Assembly (NCBI RefSeq): GCF_006345805.1
Contig: NC_043005.1
Location: 6,448,001 to 6,512,000, forward strand
Length of the DNA: 64,000 bases
Direction of reading: 5' to 3'
Source: Octopus sinensis
Taxonomy: Eukaryota
Shown: one piece after another, positions 52,733-64,000 of the stretch
Numbering within the stretch: position 1 is the first letter of the stretch
How the letters are laid out: each line of letters starts with the position of its first letter
The notes under the pieces: model-generated
Database searches by the model: none
Told to the model about the DNA's origin: nothing
Seen by the model: the letters and a program-made list of their open reading frames with translations, nothing else
Made by a program: the position numbers and the translations under genes

Positions 52733-53171
52733 GGATCTTTTCGGTTTGAACGGCAGTTTTTAACATAATTTCTAGGTAACTAAAAAATTTTAAACTTCGT
52801 ATGCTGGTAGAATGTGTTTATAAAACATCTTTTTTCTCCTGGCGTTATTGAGAAAATTCTATAGTTATTCTATAGATATTTGTTGTTTTTTTTCTTCCAT
52901 TTCTGCAATTTCAACCAATCAATGACGTCCATTGAGGTTAAAAGAACATTCTGTGCCGTATGAATATCTCCCTCGTTTAAGAAACAGATTGGGTTTATTT
53001 ACATTTGTGAAGAAAAAAAGATACCCTCCCCACCACCCCTAACGCTAACCCTAACCAACCCTAACCCTAAAACAGATTGAAATTCAATAGACCGATACTA
53101 GGGTCATAATTATGGGTGACAATTTCATATGACACCGCTAGAAAAAACTGCCGTTCAAACCGAAAAGATCC
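52733..53171. mobile_element. MITE with 28-bp TIRs and internal CCCTAA repeats
   Basis: ggatcttttcggtttgaacggcagtttt / aaaactgccgttcaaaccgaaaagatcc. Confidence 0.85.
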
Positions 53172-53213
53172 AATAATACTTCCGTTATATATTCTTCATG
53201 TGTGTATGTATAT

Positions 53214-53277
<64 letters not shown>

Positions 53278-53280
<3 letters not shown>

Positions 53281-53550
53281 TGTAGGAGTGGCTGTGTGAT
53301 AAGTAGCTTGCTTACCAACCACATGTTCCGTGTTCAGTCCCACCGCGTGGCACCTTGGGCAAATGTCTTCTGCTATAGCCTCATTCTGACCAAAGCCTTG
53401 GGAGTGGATTTGGTAGACCGAAACTGAAAGAAGACCGTCGTATATATGTGTATATGTGTGTTTACGATGCTGGTGTTTTTCTGTCCTCGTAACTTAGCGG
53501 TTCGGCAAAAGTAACCGATAGAATAAATACAAGGCTTACAAAGAATAAGT
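53278..53550 (+). mobile_element. SINE family A, 3'-truncated
   Basis: Homologous to 1974-2310. Confidence 0.8.
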
Positions 53551-54073
53551 CATTTTGGGGCTAATTCTCTTGCAACCTGAGAGGAAATTTTAAGTGCACA
53601 TGCACTTAATTTGATTACTCTGTTTCATGGGTATAGTTTCACTGATTGTGAGAATCAAATATACATTGCAACGTTTAGTACCGACAATTTTAAGTGCAAG
53701 TGTTAAGAAAATATATGTTACAGCAACCTGGGAATGCAGAAATGATGAGCATTTTAACCCCACAACAATTTAAGCCAAATTTCGTTAATCAGTTAATTAA
53801 AAATCATCGTACGCTTTACTTGAGTGGCCTAGATAAAAATTTATTTGTTTCAACCCATCTTTAGCACATATTCCATTTGTGTATAAAATTTCAAGAAAAT
53901 CGGTTGAAAACTCTAAAATTTATGGCAGAAAATATCATTCATATGAGAATTTGCATTGAAATATCTTATTGATTTCTGAAAAATCGATGCTGATAAAAAA
54001 TTATCAATTTTTCTGAAATTCCAAGTGCGTAAGACCAGTTGGATAGTCTCAGAGGAGTTCAAGTAACAATGGA

Positions 54074-54457
54074 TGGAAGCACTCCGTCGGTTACGACGAC
54101 GAGGGTTCCGGTTGATCCGATCAACGGAGCAGCGTGCTCGTGAAATTAACGTGTAAGTGGCTGAGCACTCCACAGACACGTGTACCCTTAACGTAGTTCT
54201 CGGGGATATTCAGCGTGACACAGAGAGTGACAAGGCCGGCCCTTTGAAATACAGGTACAACAGAAACAGGAAGTAAGAGTGAGAGAAAGTTGTGGTTAAA
54301 GAGTACAGCAGGGATCACCACCATCCCTGCCGGAGCCTCGTGGAGCTTTTAGGTGTTTTCGCTCAATAAACACTCACAACGCCCGGTCTGGGAATCGAAA
54401 CCGCGATCCTACGACCGCGAGTCCGCTACCCTAACCACTGGGCCATTGCGCCTCCAC
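54074..54457 (-). mobile_element. tRNA-derived SINE family D, full length
   Basis: Minus-strand head gtggaggcgcaatggcccagtggttaggg..ggtttcgattccc; head related to family C. Confidence 0.85.
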
Positions 54458-54477
54458 TTCAAGTAACAAGCACACGT

Positions 54478-54535
<58 letters not shown>

Positions 54536-54616
54536 CCACAGACGGACGGAAACTGCCATTTATCTCTATAGATTTTACCAATTCCTACTTATCATTTGTA
54601 TTATTTATTCTACTTA

Positions 54617-54830
54617 GGACAGCGAGCTGGCAGAATCGTTAGCACGCTGGACGAAATGCTTACTGGTATTTCGCCCATCGCTACATTCTGAGTTCAAATT
54701 CCGCCGACGTCGACTTTGCTTTTCATTCTTTTGGGATCGATAAATTAAGTACAAGTTGTGTACTGGGATCGATTGTCCCCCTTCCTGCAAAAATCCAGGC
54801 TTTGTGCCCATTGTAAGAAGGATTATATGT
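54617..54830 (+). mobile_element. SINE family B
   Basis: Homologous to 45233-45470. Confidence 0.8.
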
Positions 54831-55443
54831 ACTATTAGTTGTTTAAATTTTTTATCTCCTATTCCACACACCACCACCTCTCTCTCTCCCTCTCGCACGC
54901 ACACATACACACTACACATATACACAGACATACATACACACATATACACATTCCCACTCCGTCCACGCACAAATACCAACACACATGCCAACATACACAC
55001 ACACATCACTATCACCACACTCCCCCATTCACACACCCTTCAGAAAACACACCCATTCTCAAGCTCCCCCCTCTTTTTCTCTCTCTCTCTCTCTCACGCA
55101 CACGCACAGTTACCACAACATACACACATGCTATCAAGCACGCTCACATACGCTCTCAGTTACTGCCACACACACGCTACCATACACACGTGGTATGACA
55201 CACATATGTCCCTACCACCACACGCATGCACACACAGTTACTGCCACAAACACACACGCTGTCACACTCACACACGCCATCACACACACACACACAGATA
55301 CCAACCATTCTTCACATTCTCCTTCCCAGAAAACACTTTCTCTTTGTCCATCTACTTCCGGTCATTCCAAAATGTAACTACACATGGATTGTTGGCGATT
55401 TTTCATCCTTCTTCCTTTTCTTTTGGACTTTCCTATGTCTCCT

Positions 55444-55478
55444 GTTTCTGAAGAAGAGCTTTGCTCGAAACGTAAAAC
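55444..55478 (+). ncRNA. Ultra-minimal type I hammerhead motif with an extra A after A9
   Basis: GUUU-CUGAAGA-A-GAGC(UUU)GCUC-GAAA-CG-UA-AAAC. Confidence 0.55.
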
Positions 55479-55871
55479 TACCACTCTTTCCTTCCTCCTC
55501 TGAGCGTCTTATTAATACTTTACATGTACCACGTTCTCGTGTTGTTGCATTTTTCTTGTCTATTTTTTCTATGCTTTTATTAATGATATATGTGTGTGTT
55601 TCTCTGTGTGTGTGTGTGTGTGTGTTTTATTTTCTCTCTCTGCTTATTTTTGTGTTCTTTTCTATCGAAGAGCGTAGGCTCGAAATGTAAAAGACTTTCT
55701 CACTTTCCAAGCATTAAACTAATACATTTGTTTGTTGTTTACACACTCGTCTTCGTATTTTGTTTTCTTTTTTTTTGTAAATTCCAACTATATATATATA
55801 TATATACATAGAGAGAGAGAGAGATGAGATGGCATCCTGGAGTAGTTATTTTAAACTTATTATCTCAGTTT

Positions 55872-56082
55872 TTAACCTCCTCTCCTTGAAAAGAGTTGCC
55901 TTGCCCAGCAATGCACCCCGGTCCAAGTGTTCCTGCCACTTTTGGAATCCGGACTGGAAGTCGTTTTCCATGAGTTGAGGACCTTCTGCGATTCACTCTT
56001 CATCTCAACAACGGTGTTAAAACAGTGACCTTTGACCTGCATTTTCATCTTAGGAAAGAGATGGAAGTCTGCAGGTTCTAAA
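55872..56082 (-). mobile_element. Mariner transposase C-terminal remnant
   Basis: DLEPADFHLFPKMKMQVKGHCF; same family as 59350-59540. Confidence 0.75.
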
Positions 56083-56084
56083 TC

Positions 56085-56935
56085 GAATGGTGTGTTTTTA
56101 CGTACCAGCGGCACAGGAGCCAGCCAGGTAACGCTGGAAACGATCACGATCAAATGGTGCTTTTAACGTTCCACTAGCACGGGTGCCAATCAGGCGGTAC
56201 TGTCATCGGCCACGACAGCGATTTCGATTTCATTTGCCTCAACAGGTCTTCGCAAACATAGTTTATTGTCCAATGAATGAAGGGTATTCATAAGTGGGCT
56301 GGTCATACACCACTAGCATCGGCCACGGGTTATGATCCCACTTGGCTTGCCGGGTCTTCTCGAGCACAGCATATCTCCAATGGTTTCGGTCACTAGTCAT
56401 TGCCTCGGTGAGGCCCAATGTTCGAATGGTCGTGCTTCACCACCTCATCCCAAGTTTTCCTGGGTCTACCTCTTCCACACGTTCCCTCAACTGCTAGGGT
56501 GTGACACTTTTTCACACAGCTGTGCTCATCCATTCTCGCCACATGGCCATACCAGTGCAGTCGTCTCTCTTGCACACCACATCTGATGCTTCTCTCAGCG
56601 TGCTTACACGCTGTTGAGTATGCACATTGACATTACACATCCATTGGAGCAACTGGCTTCGTTCCTTGCAAGCTTACGCATATCCTCCGCAGTCACGACC
56701 CATGCTTCACTGCCATGTAGCATGGCTCTTTGCACACATGCGTCATACAGTCTACCTTTGCCTCTGAGCGAGAGGCCCTTTGTCACCAGCAGAGGTAACA
56801 GCTTTCTGAACTTTACCTTGTCTAGTCTTATTCTAGCAGCTACAATTTCAAAGAATCCACGCCCGCTACTGACTTGGTCACCTTGGTAACGGAAGCAATC
56901 AACTACTTGAAGTTTTTCTCCCTGGAAAGTGACGG
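56085..56935 (-). mobile_element. RTE-clade LINE 3' fragment
   Basis: KGRLYDACVQRAMLHGSEAW; RRLHWYGHVARM; GRGRPRKTWDEVV. Confidence 0.88.
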
Positions 56936-57905
56936 AATCTGTTCTCTGTACATTTTCAGTGTTTATCGCTCCTGAGTATTTGCTACATACAAAAACCTTT
57001 GATTTTTCTGCACCTCTTATGTGTCCATGGCTTACACTAGGTACATCTTACGATATATATATATATATATACATATATATATACATAAATAACATAAAGG
57101 CGCCAGATGTTACTTAGACGTGGTTGTAAATATTTTAGAAAGTAAAATACGTAAACACACACAGGAGGTTTGTATAATAAAATTTATGCCAATATGAAGA
57201 TCATAATAAACCTAACAGTTGTATTACAACATTATGTAATAAACTGGGAGTACCGGTTTCGCGTCTTACGCTTATGAAGCTTCCAAGGTCTTGGATTTCA
57301 GCCATTTTTGTTGTCGACTAGAATTTTTTTGCTGTCGAAGGGAGGTAACTCTTTAATTTTTGGTGTTAACATGGTACGATTTGAATTTTTTCTTCTACGG
57401 AAGGAAGAGCAAGCTTTCTTTTATCATACTCTCAATTTTGGTCAACTTGCGCCGCAGGGTCTCGGAGGAGATAGTGTTAGTTGAAGGCTACCAAACCTGC
57501 CATACACAGACAACTTCATCTATATATATAGAAAGATTTATTCCTAAAAAAATAAAAATCTTTACGAACAAGGGAAGCAACTTATTTAATAGCAAATTCT
57601 TGTTGCTGCCCTTGCTTCTTGTTGTGTAAAGGAGTTATCGTCCTTTGCAGTTGTAGCCGTGTGAGATATTTTATAAAAAGAAAATCTCATTGCTACCGAC
57701 TGAACTAAATTCTTTATTACACAAAAAATAGAAACAAGTAACGATGCGGACGGGTGGGTGGGTTGTCGACTTTATAAAGACTTTATAAATTGAATATGCA
57801 ATATAGCTATTTACATTTAACGCTTAGAAGAAGGGATATACTCACCGTAAATTGCAGCTTGCAAATCAATCTATCAAGCCTGAGAAAATATCTCCAAACT
57901 ACGAT

Positions 57906-57953
<48 letters not shown>

Positions 57954-57954
<1 letters not shown>

Positions 57955-58431
57955 AATTATATTATATTATATGGGAGGGGGCACATGGCCTAGTGGCTAG
58001 AGCAGCAGACTCGCGGTCGAGTGGTCACGGGTTCGAATCTTTGCTAATAGGAATTACGAAGGTAATTACTCGTTTATATAATGGACAACAACGGAGAAAA
58101 ATAATGCCAAACAATTGTCACTTTCATGTTTTGTTTTATATATATAATATAAGAAAATATATTATGTTGTTTGTTCCTTCTCAAGCCATACCTGGCTCAG
58201 AAGGGCCGGTTTCCCGGTTTCAGTGGTGTATAGGTTCCCCACCTGGACGAGACGTCAGTCAGCTGCTAGATGCAGGAGGAAAGACTGAGAGAAATTTGTG
58301 GCGAAAAAGTCAGCAGAAGTTTGCCATTACCTTCTGCCGGAATCGCGTGGACCTTAGGTACTTCGATCATAAACACACGCTGCTCTAGCCACTAGGCCAT
58401 GTGCCCCCTCCCATATAATATAATATAATTC
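57954..58431. repeat. Fold-back rearranged SINE family C with perfect 53-bp inverted arms
   Basis: 57954-58006 / 58379-58431; arms include non-SINE flanking sequence. Confidence 0.85.
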
Positions 58432-58680
58432 GCGCACGCGCACGCGCGCGCACACACGCACACACACACACACTTATTTAGCTATATAACATGTATTTTT
58501 AAAAATTATTTCACCGAGATTGTGAAGGATGGTTTTGCTCTGCCATTGTCACCAACTCAGATCCTTAAAGTGCTTTGTTATTTCCATAACAGGATTCAAT
58601 AAATGAATTTGGGTTGGTAATACATACATACATACATACACAAACACACATAAATGCATACATACACATATATACATACA

Positions 58681-58712
<32 letters not shown>

Positions 58713-59109
58713 CGCACTCACAAACACACATACATGCATACATACACATATATGTATACATACACACATACATACATACATACCATCACATGCTGTCACA
58801 CACCCACGCATACCTTGAAACGTAAGCTGTTCCCTTTTTTTTGCTCTTAAAAAAAACGTAAATCCACAATTGTCGACTCGCTATGAAAAGTGAATGAATT
58901 GGTTTCACAGGTTTTCTCTCACTGTGGGCAGAAAAATAGCGGAGCGATCTATTAGAAGCTTATAACAATCGTAGACAAACTTGCACACAGTTAAACTGAT
59001 CAATCTAATATGCACAACGGTGTATGTGCTGATACCTGCATTTAATTCATTCTACTCTACACAGAGTTTTAAAATAATTATGAAAGGTTTTTGTGTCTGT
59101 CCTCAACTC

Positions 59110-59345
59110 TAGTGAAGAATTTTAGGTAAGGACCGAAAGAATACGATCGCGAATACAAGCGGCCGAAATGGGGTTCCTCCGAAGGGTCTCCAGAGTAACG
59201 TTCCTCGACATGACGCGTAGCTTGGAGATCAGGGGCTCTCTCCAGGTCGAGCCACTTCTTCTCTGCATTCAGATCACAGCTCTGGTATGATGGGCACGCG
59301 ACTAGAGAATGAGACGGTTGGCTGTTAATCATAGTCTCAGTTGGT
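59110..59345 (+). mobile_element. RTE-clade LINE fragment
   Basis: RIRSRIQAAEMGFLRRVSRVTFLDMTRSLEIRGSLQVEPLLL. Confidence 0.75.
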
Positions 59346-59349
59346 CGTT

Positions 59350-59540
59350 TTTCCATCTCTTCTCCAAGATGAAAGGCAGCTCAAAGGTCACCGTCTGAAC
59401 ACTTTTGTCAAGATCCAGAGCGAAGCGCAGAAAGTCCTCGACTTGCTTATGGAAAACGACTTCAAGGCTGGATTCCAAAAGTGACAGGAACGCTGGGGCC
59501 GGTGTATTGCTGCGCGTAGTGACTATTTCGAAGGTGATGA
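59350..59540 (+). mobile_element. Mariner transposase C-terminal remnant
   Basis: Homologous to 55872-56082 in the opposite orientation. Confidence 0.7.
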
Positions 59541-60009
59541 TGTTAAAACTTTTGTATTAAAGATAACTAGTGCGGGAATTTTTTGACACCACCTCGGATT
59601 CATATGAATTCACAATCCATTGTTTAATCATGAAATTGTGCAGATAACATACATGCTGTTATACCTGACTTCAGTTGCGCCTAGTGTGTACGGTCAGCGC
59701 ATCAGCTTTTGGAAACAGCATGCGCTGTAACATTAAGACAATACTAAATTTGTATTACCATCACATTATTCGGATCTTTTCTGTTTGGCTGCCAAAATTA
59801 CTCAAAATTTTCAAAGTTTAATAGCCAATAACTCATTATTTATTGATTTATGGCGAAAATGATTTTCATGGCATTGATTAGCATATAAAAGTATATCATT
59901 ACACTGAATATGAAATCAATTCGAATAGAAATTGAAGTGATTGAATATTTACAGCCAAGCAGAAAAGATCCCATTATTCTATATTAATCACTAAATAAAT
60001 ATATTAAAT

Positions 60010-60271
60010 GTGGAGGCACATGGCCTAGTGGTTAAAGCAGCGGATTCGCGGTCGAGGGTTTGCGGGTTCGAATCTCAGACCGGGCGATGTGTGTGTTTAC
60101 TAGCGAAACACCTAAGCTCCACGCGACTCAGGCAGAAGGTAATGGCGAACTTCTGCTGACTCTTTCGCTCTTTCCTGCATTTTGCAGTGCACCTGGTGGG
60201 GAACCTATACGCCAAGGAAACCGGGAAACCTGCCCTAACGAGCCAAGCGTGGCTCGAGAAGGAACAAACAA
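60010..60271 (+). mobile_element. tRNA-derived SINE family C
   Basis: gtggaggcacatggcctagtggttaaagcagc..gggttcgaatctc; tail ggctcgagaaggaacaaaca. Confidence 0.85.
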
Positions 60272-60581
60272 ATATATTCAATATGTTCACCAAACACGAG
60301 TTTTAGCCGGACATATTTCTGGCAAGCTGTCTGAAATATGGTAAGCGGTGTACAGCAATTATTAGAAATGCTGTTCCATTGGTTGACCACCCTGTAGTAA
60401 AGGTTTACATAAAATTCTTGATGTACAAATCGAATCGTGTTTTGGAGATATTTTCTCAGGCTTGATAGATTGATTTGCAAGCTGCAAGTTGACCAAAATT
60501 GAAAGTATGATAAAAGAAAGCTTGCTCTTCCTTCCGTAGAAGAAAAATTCAAATCGTACCATGTTAACACCAAAAATTATT

Positions 60582-60788
60582 TATATCAAAATGGTGCATT
60601 TTTTCTATGAAAATCCCCATTTTTTACGATTTTTTGACTGCCGTGTCGCCATTTTTCGGTGTATTTCAACCAGAAAAATGTTCACTTAAAGAGAATAACA
60701 AGCTACATAATGCAAAATTTTTACTTTTCAAAAATTCCAATTCTAAAGGGTCGCAACAAACCCGAGCAACGCCGGGCGATAATGCTAG
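60582..60788 (+). mobile_element. Helitron-like non-autonomous fragment (3' end)
   Basis: Hairpin cccgagcaacgccggg (60761-60776) then CTAG|T. Confidence 0.55.
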
Positions 60789-61958
60789 TCTATCATAAAA
60801 TAAAACGTCGCTTATTACTTGTACTAGACTAAAACCAACGTTCGTGGCACGTAGGCTATTGCTTAAAAGTTGCATGTATGTGTTTAATTATACACGGATA
60901 ATACACAGAAGATTCATGGCTAAAAATAAAGCAGAATAATTTTTTCTGAATAATTATATGATGGAGTTGTGTTCTTTTTATCTTGCTGGAAGACAACATA
61001 TAGAAAACTAATTATAGTGATTTGATATCGAATGTAAAATATGTATTTCGCTCTTTCAATAAACATAACGAGAATTTCAACTTGTAGATGACTTTTGAAT
61101 TGTATTTTTGCTTTATAATCCCATCCTGTAGAAACAGAAAGCTTCATTGAATTTAACCCAATGAAGGATTGAAACTGAAGCCACATTTATCCTCTGTGGC
61201 CCAACATTACAGAGAGATGACTATCAATTAACGCCTAAATCATTTTGTTTCTTTTCAAAAACAGCCAATATGTTTTTTGAAGTGCCATATGTCACCGAGA
61301 GAAAATGTTACTAGATTTTGCTCCAAATATTTATTGGTCAATTTACAAAGTCATTAAGGAAGGAAATAGTCATGAAATTGTTCATTTCCCCCAATACATT
61401 ACCTGGTGTTTAGCTCATCAACCATAATAAAAGGTAATGTTTAAGTCTACCTCTGTTGGGTTTGAACTCTGAACTCAAATCCTACTGGCAATGTTAGAAC
61501 TTTTCTCCATCTTTCTATAATAGATATATGTAATGCTGAACATTTGATATTATGTGGACTGAACGGGCCAGTGGTATGTGTAATCATAATCTTCTAATTG
61601 AACAATCAAAATTGTAATGTTTCTTTGGTGAATGATTAGAACAAGGTAACAGTAAAATTGCCTTCTCAAGTCATAGTGACTCATAGGGGCCAGTTTCCTA
61701 GTATAAAATAAAACAGTGAAAAGAATAAAGAAGGCGGTATTACATTTACCAACCAGTTACGACCGTTTCAATAACTAGTGAATTGTTACAACGTCTGTCT
61801 CTCTGATTGTAAATCGATTAATGAACCAATCCTTCAATAATCTATCTATCCATCCACCCATCCGTCCGTCCGCCCGTCTGTCCATTCATCCGTCCGTCCG
61901 TCCGACTGTCCATCCATTCATCCGTCCGTCGGTCTATCTATCTATCTATCTATCTATC

Positions 61959-62040
<82 letters not shown>

Positions 62041-62053
62041 CGTCCGTCTATCT

Positions 62054-63123
62054 TGAGTGACTTCAACACAACCAAAGCATTCTATAGGGGATTAGTGGAG
62101 GGGAGGTACGACGACGAGCTCGGGGCGAACCTGGACGTCGACGAGGAATACCTGACCCGCCTGTTCGGGTCGACTTTCGGGCCAGGGCCCAAGGACAACT
62201 TCCAGAGATTCCTGGCCTGGCAGTGCTACCGAGAAGCGCTACCCGTTCGGGATAAGCTCTACAGACACGGCTCGAGAAACACGGGGCCGACCTGCCCGAG
62301 ATGCGGTCAGAGCGACGAAACCGTTCTGCACGCACTCGTGCAGTGTCCAACAATTTCCGACCTGTGGGCTTATGTCGAACAACTGCTGTCACGTGTGGGA
62401 CGTGTCGGTTTATCAGCCGAGTCTATCGTTAATATCGTCACGCCTCCTTCCTTCAAACGGGAAGGAAGAGCTATTTTTATCATACTTGTGGCTATGGCGA
62501 AAGAATGTATCTGGTGGACGCGCCTAAAAGGATTGGAGACAAACACTTTCCTCTCTGGTCAATCTCTCATCAACTTCTTCAAGTACCACTTGAAAAGGAA
62601 AGTGAGAGTAGAGAGGCAAGTTTTGTCTAGCGAACGTTTTAAAAAAAGATAGGTGAATGTAGCAAGGATGGCACGAATGAATGACGAAGCCACCTTGAGC
62701 ATAATCCTATGAACCCAGAAATTGAAAACAGAGGGTTACCCACTTGCAACCAATGTGTGGTAACATATAACAATATTGACCAAGGTTACCGTGGTCTTTT
62801 TCGTAGGCTTTTCTTCCCACGGATAAACCTTACTTGCTTTCCCCTTACACCAAACATCATGACACTGTGATACACGATCCATTGATCGTTTTTTTTTCCT
62901 CTCCCCCTTTTTTCTCTTTCTTCTTTTTTCATTTTTCTTTCTTTTTTCCGCTTTTTTTTTCTTTTCCTTTTTTTCTTTTCTTCTTTTTTTGTTCTTTTTT
63001 TCCTTTTACGATCCCTTTTGATCGAAAAACCTACGCCACCTTTTTTTTCTCCCCCAAAAAGAAAAGCTCTACCTTGTAACTTGTCCCATCTGCGTGCAGC
63101 CCTGTGTGGCCAATAAAGAAACT
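62054..63123 (+). mobile_element. L1/Tx1-clade LINE, 5'-truncated, with zinc-knuckle (zf-RVT-like) C-terminus and 3' UTR
   Basis: AWQCYREALPVRDKL..CPRCGQSDETVLHALVQCP; T-rich UTR; AATAAA at 63112; (TATC)n on both flanks. Confidence 0.85.
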
Positions 63124-63186
63124 TATCTATCTATCTATCAATCCATCCATCCATCCACCCATCTATCCATCTATCTATCTATCTAT

Positions 63187-63231
<45 letters not shown>

Positions 63232-63251
63232 TTTATTTATCTCTATCTATC

Positions 63252-63295
<44 letters not shown>

Positions 63296-63348
63296 GTCTG
63301 TCTGTCTATCTATCTATCTTTATACATTATGTTAATAATATCTTACAG

Positions 63349-64000
63349 AATGTGAAACAGACGAAAAAGACAAAAATGGTGTTGCGAATGATACAAACGA
63401 GATAAGTGAAGAAGCGAAAACCGAGGAATGAAGTGAAGCAGAGAGGAATCACCAAAGTATAAAAGAAAGCGTTCATTGAACGAAAATTAAGAAGAAAAAA
63501 AGGAAGGTGACGCTAGTGAAGAAGAGAAAGCCGACGATCGAAGAAGTGAAGGAGTGAATGAAAATGAAGAAGAAGTGACTGAAGGTGACGGAAAAGAAGA
63601 AGAGAAAGCCGACGAACGAAGAAGTGAAGGAGTGAATGAAAATGACGAAGAAAGACTGGTGCTGAACGTGACGCTGTGAAGAAGAGAGAAAGCCGACGAT
63701 CGAAGAAGTGAAGAAGTGAATGAAAATCAAGAAGAAGTGACTGAAGGTGACGGAAAAGAAGAAGAGAAAGCCGACGAACGAAGAAGTGAAGGAGTGAATG
63801 AAAATGACGAAGAAAAGACTGAACGTGACGCTAGTGAAGAAGAGAAAGCCGACGAAAGAAAAAGTGAAAAAGAGAATGAAAATGAAGAAGAAGAGATTGG
63901 AGGTGACGGAAAAGAAGAAGAGAAAGCCGACGAAAGAAAAAGTGAAAAAGAGAATGAAATTGAAGAAGAAGAGACTGAAGGTGACGGAAAAGAAGAAGAA
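63349..64000 (+). repeat. 78-bp tandem repeat with acidic coding potential (EGDGKEEEKADERRSEGVNENEEEVT); frame disrupted
   Basis: Unit starts near 63503, 63581, 63664, 63743, 63821, 63899, 63977; acceptor-like tcttacag at 63341-63348. Confidence 0.7.

Overview
AT-rich, microsatellite-saturated eukaryotic DNA. It is most likely an octopod cephalopod, inferred from the tRNA-headed SINE families and repeat density. Nearly all listed ORFs are microsatellite or minisatellite artefacts. The only clear host coding piece is a 210-nt ankyrin-repeat exon (45712-45921, minus), so much of the window may be intron of one large gene. The rest is transposon-derived: a nearly full-length but frameshifted Penelope-like element (RT plus GIY-YIG, two pseudo-LTRs, 38230-43022, minus), fragments of CR1-group, RTE, R4/Dong and Tx1 LINEs, Tc1/mariner and hAT remnants, MITEs, Helitron-like ends and about five SINE families. 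Highlights from manual folding and reading: (1) at least six unrelated type-I hammerhead-ribozyme motifs, plus a core-variant one in the Penelope pseudo-LTR and several half copies at inversion breakpoints; (2) a 4.2-kb head-to-head 23-bp minisatellite whose unit reads as a TCF/LEF site plus a helper-like site; (3) a conserved, covarying 3' stem-loop shared by a SINE and CR1-group LINEs; (4) a Tx1 LINE embedded in (TATC)n; (5) a disrupted acidic 78-bp coding-like repeat at the window end. All structural calls were made by eye, and no database search was run.
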